In this document: piece by piece, positions 48,504 to 60,532 of the stretch | How positions within the stretch are numbered: position 1 is the first letter of the stretch | Layout of the letters: each line of letters starts with the position of its first letter | Virus genome (UHGV): UHGV-0277504 | Reading direction: 5' to 3' (one strand) | DNA from: a virus | Length of the DNA: 64,000 nucleotides | Notes under the pieces: model-generated | The model's database searches: none | What the model saw: only the letters and a program-made list of their open reading frames with translations | What the model was told of the DNA's origin: nothing | Made by a program: the position numbers and the translations under genes

Positions 48504-50432
48504 CTATAATTTTTTAATACCTACAATATTGTAAACAATCATATGTCCTTTTGTATTAAAACCTTCTACGGAAGATTGACCGTCTCTTATTTTAATTTTT
48601 TTAGACATTGCTGGTTTAGCCATAGTGTCTGAAACTAAGTCGATTTCTCCTTCATAAAAGTCAATACTTGTTGATGTAGAACTATTAGCTAAATTCATAC
48701 CTCTAATATAGAAATTTGATAATCCTGGAACAGTAAGGTCTAGTCTCTCTGTAGTATAAGACCCTGACGCATCAAAGTAAAATGTTATCTCTACATAATC
48801 ATAATTTTTAATTGAATCTTTAAAAGTCATATTAATACTAGAATCTGATAAGTCTGCTTCCCCAGTCCACAGTAAGAAGCTGTTTTCTGTTCCTAGTGGT
48901 ACATTCCATGTAGTACCATTAAAAGTTAACTTATAAGTCCTACCTGACAAAGTAGTGAAAGTAGACACTACTTGTTTATTAGTACCTGTAATATCACCTT
49001 TACTATAATCTACTAATACTGTACCTCTTAATGATTCTGTTCCTGGTAAATCTGTAATTCCATTCTGAGCATACACTGTATGAAAACCTTGAGGTAGTGA
49101 TAATAGTAAATCCTTAAATGAAGTATCTCCTACTTCATTTTTCCAAAATCTATACTTAAAGTAGCTATCTTTACCAGTGTCTACGGTTGTATAATTGTTA
49201 AGTTCACCTTTAGGTAAAATTTCATTCCAATTAGTCCATATTTCATCATATTGTTTAACATCTTTAGTATGAGTTATAAATGGTGTTGCTTTATTGCCTT
49301 TTTCTATTTTAGGCATAGCATAATAAACAATCGCACCATTATTATTTCCTGATGTTTTACAATCCATACGTAATAGTAAAGAAACATAATTTGTTTTAAC
49401 ACCTGAAGCACCTTGTGTGTATTCTGGAATACTAAAAGTGAATGAGTATCTTTTCCATTCTGTAGACAATTCATCTGCTTTTATTTCTCTTCTACCGCCT
49501 GTATAAGGATTTAAAGTCATGTCTACTTTATCATAACCTGCTAATTCAAAGAAAGCGTAGTTATTTTTAAGTAAAGAAGTGTCATTCACTCTAGCATACA
49601 CAGATACTGTTACTGTATCCCCTACAGAAAACTGTTCTCCTATTTTAAATCTATTAGACATAATTGTAGGGTAAGTATAAGAAGTGTCATTTAGTTGAAC
49701 AGTATTTTCTCCTCTAAATTTAATACTAGATTTATTAGTACCTGATGAATAACCCCAAAAAGGAGGTGTTTCCCAATTATCTGTTCTTATATTTTCGTAT
49801 GCTGTTTTTGGATGAATAAATAAACTATCCCTTAAGAAGTTAGGGTTTTGCTCTTGTTCAGGTAATCTTCTCATTTTTGTAAAAGTTGAAGTAGAATTTA
49901 TAGGATTGAATTCTATTATAGATGATTTCCCTTCTCTACTTTCTTTATAGTCTATCCAACCTATATTTAAGTCTTCTTTAGGTGGGTTTAAAAGTGTTGC
50001 AAATTGTGTTATTGATTTATTTAATCTTTTAATATCTAGTGTATTACCTTCATCGTATAAATCATCACCAGCTATTAAAAATTTAGACCACTTAGACAAA
50101 GAACCATTATTACAAGTTTTTATATATAGTTCACTTGTATTAAATGGAGAAAAATATATTTTATAATAATTTGTATTTCTTATAGATAAAATAACATAAC
50201 CATTATAATTTACATCTTCTGGTTGGTTAATTGCTCTGGTAAAGTAATAAACACCACTTTTACTTATTTTTTTAGTAACATTATTAAAATCTATACTATC
50301 AAATGTCTCTATGTTACCTGTACTATCTAAATTTTCTTCTAATCTTAGTAAATAATTACCTATATCGTTTACTTTAGGATAAAGGTCTTTTAATCTGTCT
50401 GTATCTTTTAAATCAGTGTAAGAAAAAGCCAT
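48504..50432 (-). CDS. putative tail fibre / receptor-binding protein (642 aa)
   Basis: Position and composition only. Confidence 0.35.
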   Translation of the reverse strand: MAFSYTDLKDTDRLKDLYPKVNDIGNYLLRLEENLDSTGNIETFDSIDFNNVTKKISKSGVYYFTRAINQPEDVNYNGYVILSIRNTNYYKIYFSPFNTSELYIKTCNNGSLSKWSKFLIAGDDLYDEGNTLDIKRLNKSITQFATLLNPPKEDLNIGWIDYKESREGKSSIIEFNPINSTSTFTKMRRLPEQEQNPNFLRDSLFIHPKTAYENIRTDNWETPPFWGYSSGTNKSSIKFRGENTVQLNDTSYTYPTIMSNRFKIGEQFSVGDTVTVSVYARVNDTSLLKNNYAFFELAGYDKVDMTLNPYTGGRREIKADELSTEWKRYSFTFSIPEYTQGASGVKTNYVSLLLRMDCKTSGNNNGAIVYYAMPKIEKGNKATPFITHTKDVKQYDEIWTNWNEILPKGELNNYTTVDTGKDSYFKYRFWKNEVGDTSFKDLLLSLPQGFHTVYAQNGITDLPGTESLRGTVLVDYSKGDITGTNKQVVSTFTTLSGRTYKLTFNGTTWNVPLGTENSFLLWTGEADLSDSSINMTFKDSIKNYDYVEITFYFDASGSYTTERLDLTVPGLSNFYIRGMNLANSSTSTSIDFYEGEIDLVSDTMAKPAMSKKIKIRDGQSSVEGFNTKGHMIVYNIVGIKKL

Positions 50433-50651
50433 TTAATTTAATTTCCTTTCTCTTGTAGTTTAGTTAATAAAATATCTGCTTTTTTTAATTTCTCTTCTAA
50501 TTCTTTTTCTAAAGATTTAATTCTAATCTCTTCATGTGTAGGTACAAATATTTTAGCCTGTGAATAAGGGTCTCTGTATTCTTTAGGCACTATAACCACT
50601 TCCCTTTTTTTATATGTATATAAAGGAAGGTTTTACCCCTCCTTTTATAAA

Positions 50652-53600
50652 TTACTCATTTCTAGTTGTAACCATTAATCGTCTAACTCTAGGTCTTAAG
50701 AAGCTATTCTCTGTTGATAAATCTAATCTTACTTGTAACTGTGTATTAGTACCTGTGTCTTTTACTTTCTCATCTATTGTATATCTATAAAATTCGTTAT
50801 TACTTTGTTTGACTTGAGGTCGGCTACTGAAAGTTTTCCATGTTTTACCATTATCACTAGAGTATTTAGGTACTACTTTTGTTCCTTTAGGTAAGAACGC
50901 TTCATAACTAAATCTCATAGTATTATAAGGTGCTTCTGACATATCAATAGCTCTACCAATATATGAACCTGATAATTGTGTTAAGAAAGTAGTGAATGTT
51001 AAGTCACTTACTGTCATAAATGGTGAGATATATTTATTTGAATCAAATGTAGCTTTAAGTTTTACTTCTCTAGCTACTGCTGATAAATCTATATCTTGGT
51101 AGTTTCCTATAGGTTGCCACTGTAGATTATCAAATGTTACATCATTACTCATATCATCAAAGATAATTTTACATTCCCAACTACAACCTGTATTATCTGG
51201 AGTTAAATAAGTTGACATTAATACAATACGGTCACCTTTAACCTTTTTAATAGGGTCAAATTCAATTACCGCTGTTTTATTAAACTTAGCTGTATAAACA
51301 TTGAATTTAAGGTCTGAGTTTTGATGTGGAGTCCATGTACTAGCATTTGATGAACTAAATAGAACACCTTGTACATAAGGGTTTCCAGAAATTACTTCAT
51401 TAGGTTTATCTATTTTAGGTTTTGTTCTAGTACCTACCCACATTGTATAGTCACTATTTTCAGTAATAATAACAATTGCATACTCTTTACCTGCTTCAGC
51501 CATCATAGGGTCTTCAAAGTATACTCTAGTTTCAGCACTTGCATTATTTGATACTTTAATATCGTCTGCATTTAGAACTGTTTCAGCATAAACTGTTTTA
51601 TTAGGAAAACCTTGGTCTCCCATTCCTCTAATTTGAACAACTACATTTGAATTTCTATCACCTTTACTTGCAAAGTGTAACCCTACAGATGTGATTGTTC
51701 TATTTTCATCGTATTGGAATGATTGTGCTAGTGGGTCTACTAAATTAACAGTTACTCTTGTTTTAAATATAATCTCAGTTGTTGTCTTTTTACGACCGTG
51801 TGCTGAGTAAGTAGCTGTACTTGTAGAGTTTTCATTTTTTAATGTTACCTCTCTATTACCACAACGTATACCTGGAGGTATTGTAAATGTACCTTTAGCT
51901 GTTCCTTTAGCATCTGACATAATAGTTCCTGGTTCTGAACCTTTTCTATATCCTGATGCTGGGGTAATAGGAGCCCTAACACCATCAAACAATAGGTATA
52001 GGTTATTATCATTAGGACTTAAACCTTTAACAGTAAACGTTACATCTTTTTGTCTGATGAATTCAATCATTTCTTCTAGTGTTTTTCTTCCACCAGATTC
52101 TAAAATAGTACCAGTTCTACCATGTTTTACATCGTAAGCCCATGATTTTCCAGCCCATTTTTGACCTTTATCTAATTGCAAGTTAGAGTATAAATAATGT
52201 TCTGTTTCATTATAGTTAGTTCCACCATGTCTCCAGAATCTGTGCATTGTATACTTTTTAGTTTTATGTTTAGTAATAGTAACATTTTCTTGTTCTATCC
52301 AGTTATCCTCACTAGGTTTAATTTTCATTACACCTTGTTTGTTTGGTATGTTATATGGATTGACATTTAGTGTTTCTGAAGCTTGTGGCTGTCTTATTGT
52401 AGCTTCTTCTGTAAAAGGTGCTGTGATTAATCTACCCCATATCTTAGCTGTAGAACTATCTAAAATAGTAGGTTGATTAACCTGTTCTGTATATGACAAT
52501 GTAGCTTCTGCGTCTTCAAAACTAAAGGATACCCCAAAATCTGGGTGAGTAATATCGGCTTTATCTAAAGAAATAAAACCTTCACTAAATACTGAACGTA
52601 ATGTTAGAGGATTTTGACCTTCCATAGCTTCATCATCCAGTGCATTTACAGCTTGGTTATACTCTAAATTTTCAACTCTAGTTTTAACATTTTGCAAGTC
52701 TTCCATAGAAAGTCTCGTTACTGCATAAGTTAAACATTCAGCTGAATCTGAATTAGGTAATACTGTTACTGTACCTAATTGTAAGACTTCAGGGTCTGTA
52801 GCTGTCGGTGGCATTACTAGTCGCATAATGTTAGGTTCACCTTTAACAGTTGTAATTTCTCCAAAACGGTCTAACACAATTGCATCTTTACGTGCTAAGT
52901 AATACGTGTAATCTACTAACACTACAGACTGGTCTGTAGGTTTAACTCCTCCTGACGTATCAAAATTAATAAACCATTTTTCTCCTAGACCTTCACCTTG
53001 TGTTGTAACTGTAAAATCTGTTCCTTGTTCCATTTTCTTGTTGTATTTATAAGATACGTAATAACTTGTACCTCCGTTAGGTTCAGAACCTCCTGGAGAC
53101 CAGTCAATAGATTGTCCGTCAACTAATCTATAATCTTCACCTTGTTTATACTCTTTAGTTGTTTGTCCTGGTGATGTCTCAGTCCATACTCTAACTACCT
53201 CAAAAGCTGTATTATTTGAGAGGTAATCTAAACTATCTCCTGTTGAACCTCTTGTTACACGTTCTTTATCAACTAATACTTGACCTGTTACTCTATTAAT
53301 ATCTTTAACTGGAGAGTTAGCTAAACTAATACTTCCAGTAGATTTATTGAATATTGTACTTTCATTTTCAGCTTTACCTAAATCAAATGACTTCTCAACA
53401 TTTAATCTTGTTGATGTTGGTTTATTTACTTGCCAACCTTTAACGTACGCTTTACCTGCGTCTGCTACGATAGATACATGAGCATCATCTATAGCGTTAC
53501 CTTCTGAAAATAATTCAAATCCATTAACTTTATATGAACCTGATTCATCATAAGTACGTTCAGCCAATACCTTATTTATTTTATCCATTTCTGGATTGTT

Positions 53601-54107
53601 GGATTTAACAAATAATTGACCGTCTAAAAAAGTATATATAGTAGCTGATGTAGGGTCATTTAGAGTTAATACAATTTTCTCTTCTAATCGGTCAGCACCT
53701 TTAGAGAAATAACTAGGAACACCGCTTGTTTGGTCTAATAGAGAGTAGTCTTCATCTGGAGTGATAATTCTCTCTTCTATTTTCATTCCTACATACTCTT
53801 TACCTACACCAGTTAATCTTACTGTCTCATCAGAATCATAGTATCTAATTTTACCGTTTAAATAAACGTAACCTGGATTAACTGATAATATATTTTCATT
53901 TGTTAATGTGAACCCTAATCCTGATTGTTTGTCACCATCTTTAAATATAGAGTCTCCTAAATTTTTAAGATAATATGTTGAAATAGATTGAAGCTCATTT
54001 AATTCTGCTTGTTGTAATGGTCTATCAGGATTAAATAAGACTCTGGTTCTATTTTGAGATGGTTCAAATCTATCTAGGTAAGGGGATACTTTAAAATTTA
54101 CGACCAT
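50652..54107 (-). CDS. large tail/baseplate structural protein (1151 aa; adsorption-associated tail protein-like)
   Basis: Size and synteny with Kayvirus-type tail modules. Confidence 0.45.
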   Translation of the reverse strand: MVVNFKVSPYLDRFEPSQNRTRVLFNPDRPLQQAELNELQSISTYYLKNLGDSIFKDGDKQSGLGFTLTNENILSVNPGYVYLNGKIRYYDSDETVRLTGVGKEYVGMKIEERIITPDEDYSLLDQTSGVPSYFSKGADRLEEKIVLTLNDPTSATIYTFLDGQLFVKSNNPEMDKINKVLAERTYDESGSYKVNGFELFSEGNAIDDAHVSIVADAGKAYVKGWQVNKPTSTRLNVEKSFDLGKAENESTIFNKSTGSISLANSPVKDINRVTGQVLVDKERVTRGSTGDSLDYLSNNTAFEVVRVWTETSPGQTTKEYKQGEDYRLVDGQSIDWSPGGSEPNGGTSYYVSYKYNKKMEQGTDFTVTTQGEGLGEKWFINFDTSGGVKPTDQSVVLVDYTYYLARKDAIVLDRFGEITTVKGEPNIMRLVMPPTATDPEVLQLGTVTVLPNSDSAECLTYAVTRLSMEDLQNVKTRVENLEYNQAVNALDDEAMEGQNPLTLRSVFSEGFISLDKADITHPDFGVSFSFEDAEATLSYTEQVNQPTILDSSTAKIWGRLITAPFTEEATIRQPQASETLNVNPYNIPNKQGVMKIKPSEDNWIEQENVTITKHKTKKYTMHRFWRHGGTNYNETEHYLYSNLQLDKGQKWAGKSWAYDVKHGRTGTILESGGRKTLEEMIEFIRQKDVTFTVKGLSPNDNNLYLLFDGVRAPITPASGYRKGSEPGTIMSDAKGTAKGTFTIPPGIRCGNREVTLKNENSTSTATYSAHGRKKTTTEIIFKTRVTVNLVDPLAQSFQYDENRTITSVGLHFASKGDRNSNVVVQIRGMGDQGFPNKTVYAETVLNADDIKVSNNASAETRVYFEDPMMAEAGKEYAIVIITENSDYTMWVGTRTKPKIDKPNEVISGNPYVQGVLFSSSNASTWTPHQNSDLKFNVYTAKFNKTAVIEFDPIKKVKGDRIVLMSTYLTPDNTGCSWECKIIFDDMSNDVTFDNLQWQPIGNYQDIDLSAVAREVKLKATFDSNKYISPFMTVSDLTFTTFLTQLSGSYIGRAIDMSEAPYNTMRFSYEAFLPKGTKVVPKYSSDNGKTWKTFSSRPQVKQSNNEFYRYTIDEKVKDTGTNTQLQVRLDLSTENSFLRPRVRRLMVTTRNE

Positions 54108-54127
54108 TCAATATGCTTCCTTTCTTA

Positions 54128-54649
54128 TTAAACTTCAATAATACATCTCTCTTTAGCTGTTGTAGTTTCCGTTCTGTTTTGGAATTGTTTGTTCTCAAAA
54201 TACATTAAAGTTCCTGTTTCTTTTACTTCACTTGGTAATAGGTTAGGTTTACTTACGCCACTATTAGGGACTAAGTCAATAACGAAACCAATTTGTCTAT
54301 ACGTTCCTAATGGTAATTCATTACCTACAACATCTGCTTCAAGATAAACCCATTTAGCTCCTTCATCTTTAGCATTTTCTGTAGTAACTACTACCCAATC
54401 TTTATTACCGTAAGATATTTTTTCTTTATCATCATCTTGTGGTGACTGTGCTGGTCTTACTAATGTTGCTCTATGTGTTTTCTTATATCCAATTATTTCC
54501 TGTAATGAAGTCGTTTTCTCATTTGGTTGTGGTGGGTTAGTTTCACTAGACCACGGTGTTGTACGACCTACTACTAAATAAGTAGAATTAGCTTTACTAA
54601 CTAAGTATTTTGCTAACTCTACATGTGAATTATACGTTGCTATAGCCAT
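54128..54649 (-). CDS. hypothetical structural protein (173 aa)
   Basis: ORF track. Confidence 0.4.
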   Translation of the reverse strand: MAIATYNSHVELAKYLVSKANSTYLVVGRTTPWSSETNPPQPNEKTTSLQEIIGYKKTHRATLVRPAQSPQDDDKEKISYGNKDWVVVTTENAKDEGAKWVYLEADVVGNELPLGTYRQIGFVIDLVPNSGVSKPNLLPSEVKETGTLMYFENKQFQNRTETTTAKERCIIEV

Positions 54650-54772
54650 ATTTATTATTTCCTTTCATATTAAGGTTTATCATATTCATAATTAATATAA
54701 CAGATACTCTAGTTGTATCTTCTACATAATTATATCACAAATTAGTAAAAAATACAACTAAAGATTTAAATT

Positions 54773-57430
54773 TTATTCAATTTCTACTAAACTTATTTTC
54801 TTAATCTTAAATGCTTCATTTATATTAGCATCTGTATATATTTTTATAGATTCATTTTTTCTGATAGAAGTTGTTTTAGCTGTAAATTCTTTTTCCAATA
54901 ATCCTTGTGATTTGTCAATCTCTTCTGGATAGAATACTACTTCACTCATATCTGTGTTTGTATTTACAACGTTAACTGTTGTTACTTCTGGTGACAATTC
55001 TCCTAAAATAGTTACTTTGTATTTATGTCCGCTTACAATAGGTTGCTCTAACTCATATTTAGCTCCGTTTATATAAGATACTGGTTGAGGTATATTACTG
55101 TCTCTCAATATATTTACATTTTCTTCAGGTATTAAACTTATCTCAGTTTTAAAGAAATTAACTTTAGGATTATTATCTACATAGTAACTTAAATCTGTGA
55201 ATTGATGATTTGCTAATTCATCTAATGTTCTAGGTGAACCTAATCTTAAATCTTCTACGTATTTAAGATTAGAGTAGTTAATATCATCTAATGAAGTGTA
55301 TGTTTTTACATCTAATGTAGTAGATTTAAGTATTTCTCCACTTGATGAATCTATAATACCATTATCTGTGTCATTAATAACTTTTAAAGTATCCATTTTT
55401 ACAGAATATTCAGTGTCTATGTCAGTCCACAATGCATTAAAATAGCTTTTAGGCATTGCACTTACAATTTTAGAAGCATCAGTTAAATCCTCTAAAAGTA
55501 TATTATTTATTGAACTTAATATAACTTCAGACATTGGTGTTAACTCTGAGTAATTTACAAATCTAAGCCCATATAAATCTACAACTTTATTAACTACAGT
55601 AGTATTAACTTCTTCGTCTTTTGAATAATTTATCTTAGCTACTTTTTCCCAAGATTTACCATCTTCAGAAATCATAATATATAAATCTGGTATAGGATTA
55701 TATGGTATTTCAATTTTAAAATCTTTTAAGTCTGTTCTAACTCCATTGAATTTATATACTTTTTCTATGATATTATCCTTATTTATATCTTTTATTTCTC
55801 CATGTATATATTCTTCTTCAATAGTAGAATAGTTAGTAATTTTTATATAGTTTTCTATAGATTTTATATACTCGTCAACTGACTTATCATTAACTAAGTA
55901 ATTAGAATTACCGTAAACTTCTTCATGATTTAAATCTGTATCCTTATTATCTGTTACTTTTATATACTGTATTTTTTTATATGATGGTCTAGATATAATA
56001 TCTCCATTAGTAGGACTAAACACCTTATATGCTTCTACATAAAACATATCATAAAACTCATTATACATACTTATAATAGGAGTATAAGGATGTATTGTAT
56101 AGACTCCTGTTTCATAATGATAAAATACCATATCTAAATAATTTATGTCAAGTGTTACTTCATCATCGTAACCATAAACTTGTATTCTAGTAAACATATT
56201 CAAATCATCATTTAAATAATCATTTAAATACCCTATATTAAAATCATAATCCTTTTCATAAAAAGAAACAGAATTATAATTTATTGTGTTCCATCTATTT
56301 CTATCAAAATCATATATTTGTAAAACAATATTAATATATTCATCTGGAGGTAATAGCGCTTTTAAAGTTAGTTTGAAATCAACTTGACCTATATAATCAG
56401 ATATTTCTCTTTTAGTTTTGTTCAATAAATTAGGTTTAGTTTTAATTAAGTAATCTCTTAAATTAAAATTATTATAAATATATTCTATACCTGAATTAGA
56501 TTTAAATGTTACTGGAACACTAACTTTATTTTTTTCATTTGTATATAAATAAAAATCAGTACTTAATTCTTCACTTTTATTTTTTAATTCTGAAATTATA
56601 TTTGCTACGGAAGAATTATATTGTGGTGTGTAATTATATGAAGACTTAATACTAACATTATTAAATATTCTCCCTACATTAGAAGAACCCGTTAATACGT
56701 CTTCACTATTGATTAAACTTTTATTATTAATAAATACAGATTTATAATTAAGACTATCTGTTTTTCTTAGTCCTAAATTAATATGACCGTATAATAACTC
56801 ATCGTAACCATAAAAATTAATGATGTCTTCATACATTGCTACTTTCATATCATCGTTTAACCATTGATATATCAAGCTTCCATTATTAGTAGCACCACCA
56901 TCGTAGGTTACATATAGCTTAACTCCAGCGGGTTTAAATTCATTTATAATATCTATAATTTCTAAAGGGAAGTAATTACCTATAGTGACATTAATAACTG
57001 CAAATCTATAGTAATAACCCATTAACTTATCGTTACCATTTAATTCAGATTTATTAGTATAAAAAATGTTTTTAAATGGTTCATAGATACTAATATTAAG
57101 GTCATCTCTATCTAAGTAATACTTAATACCTTCAATAATAGCATTATTCGTACCTCTTTTTAAAAGTAAGTATTTAATGATTCTTTGTCTATATTTATCA
57201 TCTTTCTCATCTACTTTACGGTATACACCAAACCAATCTCCAAATTTATCTAAATACGTTCCTGTAGCACTTTTTAAAGAAGATTGTAATTTACTCTCAA
57301 TTGTATCTCTCTCTACCGTATTTAACTCTTCATTTAAAGTGTTTAGTAGTATATAGTTTGTATCTTCATTAAGATTTTTATCTTTTTTTCTTCTTAATAA
57401 TGGATGTAAGTTTTTCAAAAAACTACTCAA
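54773..57430 (-). CDS. tail morphogenetic / fibre protein (885 aa)
   Basis: Size and position downstream of baseplate J. Confidence 0.4.
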   Translation of the reverse strand: MSSFLKNLHPLLRRKKDKNLNEDTNYILLNTLNEELNTVERDTIESKLQSSLKSATGTYLDKFGDWFGVYRKVDEKDDKYRQRIIKYLLLKRGTNNAIIEGIKYYLDRDDLNISIYEPFKNIFYTNKSELNGNDKLMGYYYRFAVINVTIGNYFPLEIIDIINEFKPAGVKLYVTYDGGATNNGSLIYQWLNDDMKVAMYEDIINFYGYDELLYGHINLGLRKTDSLNYKSVFINNKSLINSEDVLTGSSNVGRIFNNVSIKSSYNYTPQYNSSVANIISELKNKSEELSTDFYLYTNEKNKVSVPVTFKSNSGIEYIYNNFNLRDYLIKTKPNLLNKTKREISDYIGQVDFKLTLKALLPPDEYINIVLQIYDFDRNRWNTINYNSVSFYEKDYDFNIGYLNDYLNDDLNMFTRIQVYGYDDEVTLDINYLDMVFYHYETGVYTIHPYTPIISMYNEFYDMFYVEAYKVFSPTNGDIISRPSYKKIQYIKVTDNKDTDLNHEEVYGNSNYLVNDKSVDEYIKSIENYIKITNYSTIEEEYIHGEIKDINKDNIIEKVYKFNGVRTDLKDFKIEIPYNPIPDLYIMISEDGKSWEKVAKINYSKDEEVNTTVVNKVVDLYGLRFVNYSELTPMSEVILSSINNILLEDLTDASKIVSAMPKSYFNALWTDIDTEYSVKMDTLKVINDTDNGIIDSSSGEILKSTTLDVKTYTSLDDINYSNLKYVEDLRLGSPRTLDELANHQFTDLSYYVDNNPKVNFFKTEISLIPEENVNILRDSNIPQPVSYINGAKYELEQPIVSGHKYKVTILGELSPEVTTVNVVNTNTDMSEVVFYPEEIDKSQGLLEKEFTAKTTSIRKNESIKIYTDANINEAFKIKKISLVEIE

Positions 57431-57446
57431 AATTTTTACCTCCTTT

Positions 57447-58493
57447 CTATACTAATGTTACATTTATCTTACCAGCTCTAATAATCTCTTCTGGTTGTGT
57501 TTCGATATTACCCATAATACTATTAAATTGAATATCATATATTAAAGAATCATCTATATTCATAATTACTTGAGTTAAATCAGCCAATATCAAATCATCC
57601 GATACATTAAAGTCATTTAAGTAACTTCTAATAACACTTTCGATATGTCTTTGTAATGTTTCACCTATTCTAGCTTTATTTGTTATGACTACTCTAACAT
57701 CAACATCTACATCTGTTTTTACAGTCGGTCTAACTCGTAACATAATTCCGCTAGGTCTATAATCTTCCAAAGCTTCTTCAATATCACTTATTAAATTATT
57801 AGGCAATGTACCATTATTATCATGAGCATAAACTGTTACTAATCCTACTTGTTCGTATACATAAACACCTTTAACGTCAGGTACTTTCATAGCTCCGTAT
57901 CTAATTGATTTATTAGTAGCTCTACCTCTACTCTCAACAAACATATGGAATCTTCTTTTTAATTCTTCTTGACTTTCCTCATCTCTACCTGTAGAGAAAG
58001 ATAAATCATTATTAACTGATTTAATCAAAGTTGAAGAAGATGTCATAACATTAATCGTGTCTTCTGGAACGTTTCCTATAATTCCAGCCTCTTTAGCATA
58101 TACTTCTACTTTAGCTTCTGTTGAACCTTCTGTTACATAGTAATCGACTAAAGTTTCAAATTGTTGTGTATATTGCTGTCGTGTAGAAGTAAAAGTAGTT
58201 CCTCTGGGAATATACATAGTTTCTTCTAATGGATTATAAAATCTAATAGTCACATCACCATATGCTCTTCTTTCACGTCTTTTTGTGAAATCAAAAGCTT
58301 CTACTATCCCTTCTTCTATACCCCACTCAATATTTTCTTTTGTTAATATATAATATTGTTCTAATTCAAGAGCGATAGCCTCTAACAATGAACGTACTGC
58401 TGAACCTGGAGTAAAATCTGATACTTTACTTGTTGCAATCATTGTCTTATCTATCATTCTAGATAATATATCTGTTAGCTTTCTTGTTTTCAT
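57447..58493 (-). CDS. baseplate J-like protein
   Basis: N-terminal ...SDFTPGSAVRSLLEAIALELEQYY is typical of the baseplate J (gp47/gpJ) family. Confidence 0.65.
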   Translation of the reverse strand: MKTRKLTDILSRMIDKTMIATSKVSDFTPGSAVRSLLEAIALELEQYYILTKENIEWGIEEGIVEAFDFTKRRERRAYGDVTIRFYNPLEETMYIPRGTTFTSTRQQYTQQFETLVDYYVTEGSTEAKVEVYAKEAGIIGNVPEDTINVMTSSSTLIKSVNNDLSFSTGRDEESQEELKRRFHMFVESRGRATNKSIRYGAMKVPDVKGVYVYEQVGLVTVYAHDNNGTLPNNLISDIEEALEDYRPSGIMLRVRPTVKTDVDVDVRVVITNKARIGETLQRHIESVIRSYLNDFNVSDDLILADLTQVIMNIDDSLIYDIQFNSIMGNIETQPEEIIRAGKINVTLV

Positions 58494-58506
58494 TTATATA
58501 CCTCTC

Positions 58507-59211
58507 CTATTCAAACCTTGCAAATATACCTGTCTCATCAGATTGTAATACAAATGTTATTGATTCCTCTACAGATTCAATCTCTACAGAAAACTTACCC
58601 CAAAAGCATTTACCTTTCAAAGTCCAATCTATAGTATTAACATTTTTAACCCTACTATCTGATAATAAGGTTCTTATTATTTCTAATTCAATAAGTACTG
58701 CTGTTTCTGGTATATTTTTATCAAATAATTCATGTATATTAGAACCATAATCTGGATGTAATATTAATGAACCTTTAGGTGTAAGTAATCTCGTTTGTAA
58801 TTGTTGTTTAATATTATCTACACCTACAACTGTACTTAAATCACCTTTATTATCTTCTGTAAAATTAAGTATTTCATCACTTGTACCATGTTTATTAAAG
58901 TAGTCTTCATTAGATGTAACATTTAAGTCACTACCTAAAGCCATCTCTACTAAAATATCTCTATCTTTCTTGTTAATCTCTTTTAGTGTAGCATTAGTTA
59001 GATAAGAGTATTCAGGTATAATAATATAATCTCCTGTAGTTACTAAATGCTCAGGGTTATCTTTTTTCAACATATGGTCGTCTACAATATAGGGATATTT
59101 TAAATTATTATGCTCAATTAAATCTATCCAGTATTCTGGACTACCATAATATCTTTGAGATATTGCCTGCATAGTATCATTATACCTAACTTCATGTTTT
59201 TTAAATCTCAT
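58507..59211 (-). CDS. baseplate wedge protein (gp25/gpW-like) with an N-terminal LysM-like segment
   Basis: C-terminal GSLILHPDYGSNIHELFDKN...LIELEIIRTLL gp25-like. N-terminal HEVRYNDTMQAISQRYYG LysM-like. Confidence 0.5.
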   Translation of the reverse strand: MRFKKHEVRYNDTMQAISQRYYGSPEYWIDLIEHNNLKYPYIVDDHMLKKDNPEHLVTTGDYIIIPEYSYLTNATLKEINKKDRDILVEMALGSDLNVTSNEDYFNKHGTSDEILNFTEDNKGDLSTVVGVDNIKQQLQTRLLTPKGSLILHPDYGSNIHELFDKNIPETAVLIELEIIRTLLSDSRVKNVNTIDWTLKGKCFWGKFSVEIESVEESITFVLQSDETGIFARFE

Positions 59212-59735
59212 TAATATCCACGCTCTTTCTTAATTAAAGGTAGTTGTAATTCTATGTACCCAAAGCAAATATCTAATTCTCTTAAGTCTGTTACTACACT
59301 ACTATACTCTTCATAATCACTTAAATAATCAGCTACATAATTTAAATTTTCTCTTGCTATTTTAACATCTCTTTCAGTTAAATATACAAGAGAGTCTATA
59401 TTTTCAACAAAGCAATTAACAATAGCATAAGATTCCATAATTATAGTTTGTAAAATAAAATAAATTCTTGGTGCTTGTACTTTTAACATTGTTTTATCTA
59501 TTTTATTTACTATAGAATTTTTATTTAAATCTTTTTCTGCTGTTTTAATATTATTGTGTTGAATATCATTTAATACTCTTTGTGCTAATTCACTTAATTG
59601 TATATTAGGTGTATAGTATCTTGAGACAAATCCTATCCTCTCATCTAATAAATTATATTGAATATTTGTATTATTTAAATTTATATTATTTAAAAATCTT
59701 AATAAACTAGCTGTCTGGTAAATTTCATGTCTCAT
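59211..59735 (-). CDS. hypothetical baseplate-module protein (174 aa)
   Basis: ORF track. Confidence 0.4.
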   Translation of the reverse strand: MRHEIYQTASLLRFLNNINLNNTNIQYNLLDERIGFVSRYYTPNIQLSELAQRVLNDIQHNNIKTAEKDLNKNSIVNKIDKTMLKVQAPRIYFILQTIIMESYAIVNCFVENIDSLVYLTERDVKIARENLNYVADYLSDYEEYSSVVTDLRELDICFGYIELQLPLIKKERGY

Positions 59736-60532
59736 TAAGCGTCTACACCACCATTTCCATAACCTATAATCATAGCCATATTACTCACATTTCCTTTTAA
59801 TCCATTTGTTGAATTTCTTGGATTATATATTCTATTTCCATTTGCTGTAGGTGAATATGTTTTAGGTTTCGTATCTGTTTGAGTTTGAGGTAATCTTTTA
59901 GTAGAACTATTATTGTTATTATTATCTTTAGTATTATTATTAATATCCCTAGATTTTTTAGCTGAAGGATATAAATTATTTAATTTATCTTGTAAACTTT
60001 TTTCAGAACTTATAGCTTTATTACCTAACTCTGGGTCTGCAATAGAATTTCTATCAGGCTCAAAAGCATCACCTAAAACCATTAAAGTAATATCATATCT
60101 AAATAATAGTGGTTCATCTTTAGAACGTGTAATTTTTAATCCTTGTGGTGCTAAATGAACTTTATAATATCTACCGTCTGTCATATTATAAAAAAACATA
60201 GTATTACTTTGTTGATTACCATCTCCAGCACCTTTTGCATATTTAGTTATAATATGTTCTAATTCCTCTATTTTATCTTTACCGTTTCTTTTTACACCAT
60301 TTTCCATAATTGGTTTAAATCCTGTAGTACCTGAAAAATTAATAACCTCTATATCTTTACCATAATCTTCTATAATAATATCAGATTTAGTTTTTATTAC
60401 ACTCGTACGTTGAGGCATTTCAATAGAATAATTTTCAGGGTTAACTTTAAATCTATACCAGCCTTTATCTCCTTCTGAAGGTAAATGTAAAACAACTCTT
60501 TTTAAATCATTTTTACCGTCTGCTTGTGGCAT
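59735..60532 (-). CDS. hypothetical baseplate-module protein (265 aa) with an N-rich low-complexity tail
   Basis: ORF track. Confidence 0.4.
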   Translation of the reverse strand: MPQADGKNDLKRVVLHLPSEGDKGWYRFKVNPENYSIEMPQRTSVIKTKSDIIIEDYGKDIEVINFSGTTGFKPIMENGVKRNGKDKIEELEHIITKYAKGAGDGNQQSNTMFFYNMTDGRYYKVHLAPQGLKITRSKDEPLLFRYDITLMVLGDAFEPDRNSIADPELGNKAISSEKSLQDKLNNLYPSAKKSRDINNNTKDNNNNNSSTKRLPQTQTDTKPKTYSPTANGNRIYNPRNSTNGLKGNVSNMAMIIGYGNGGVDA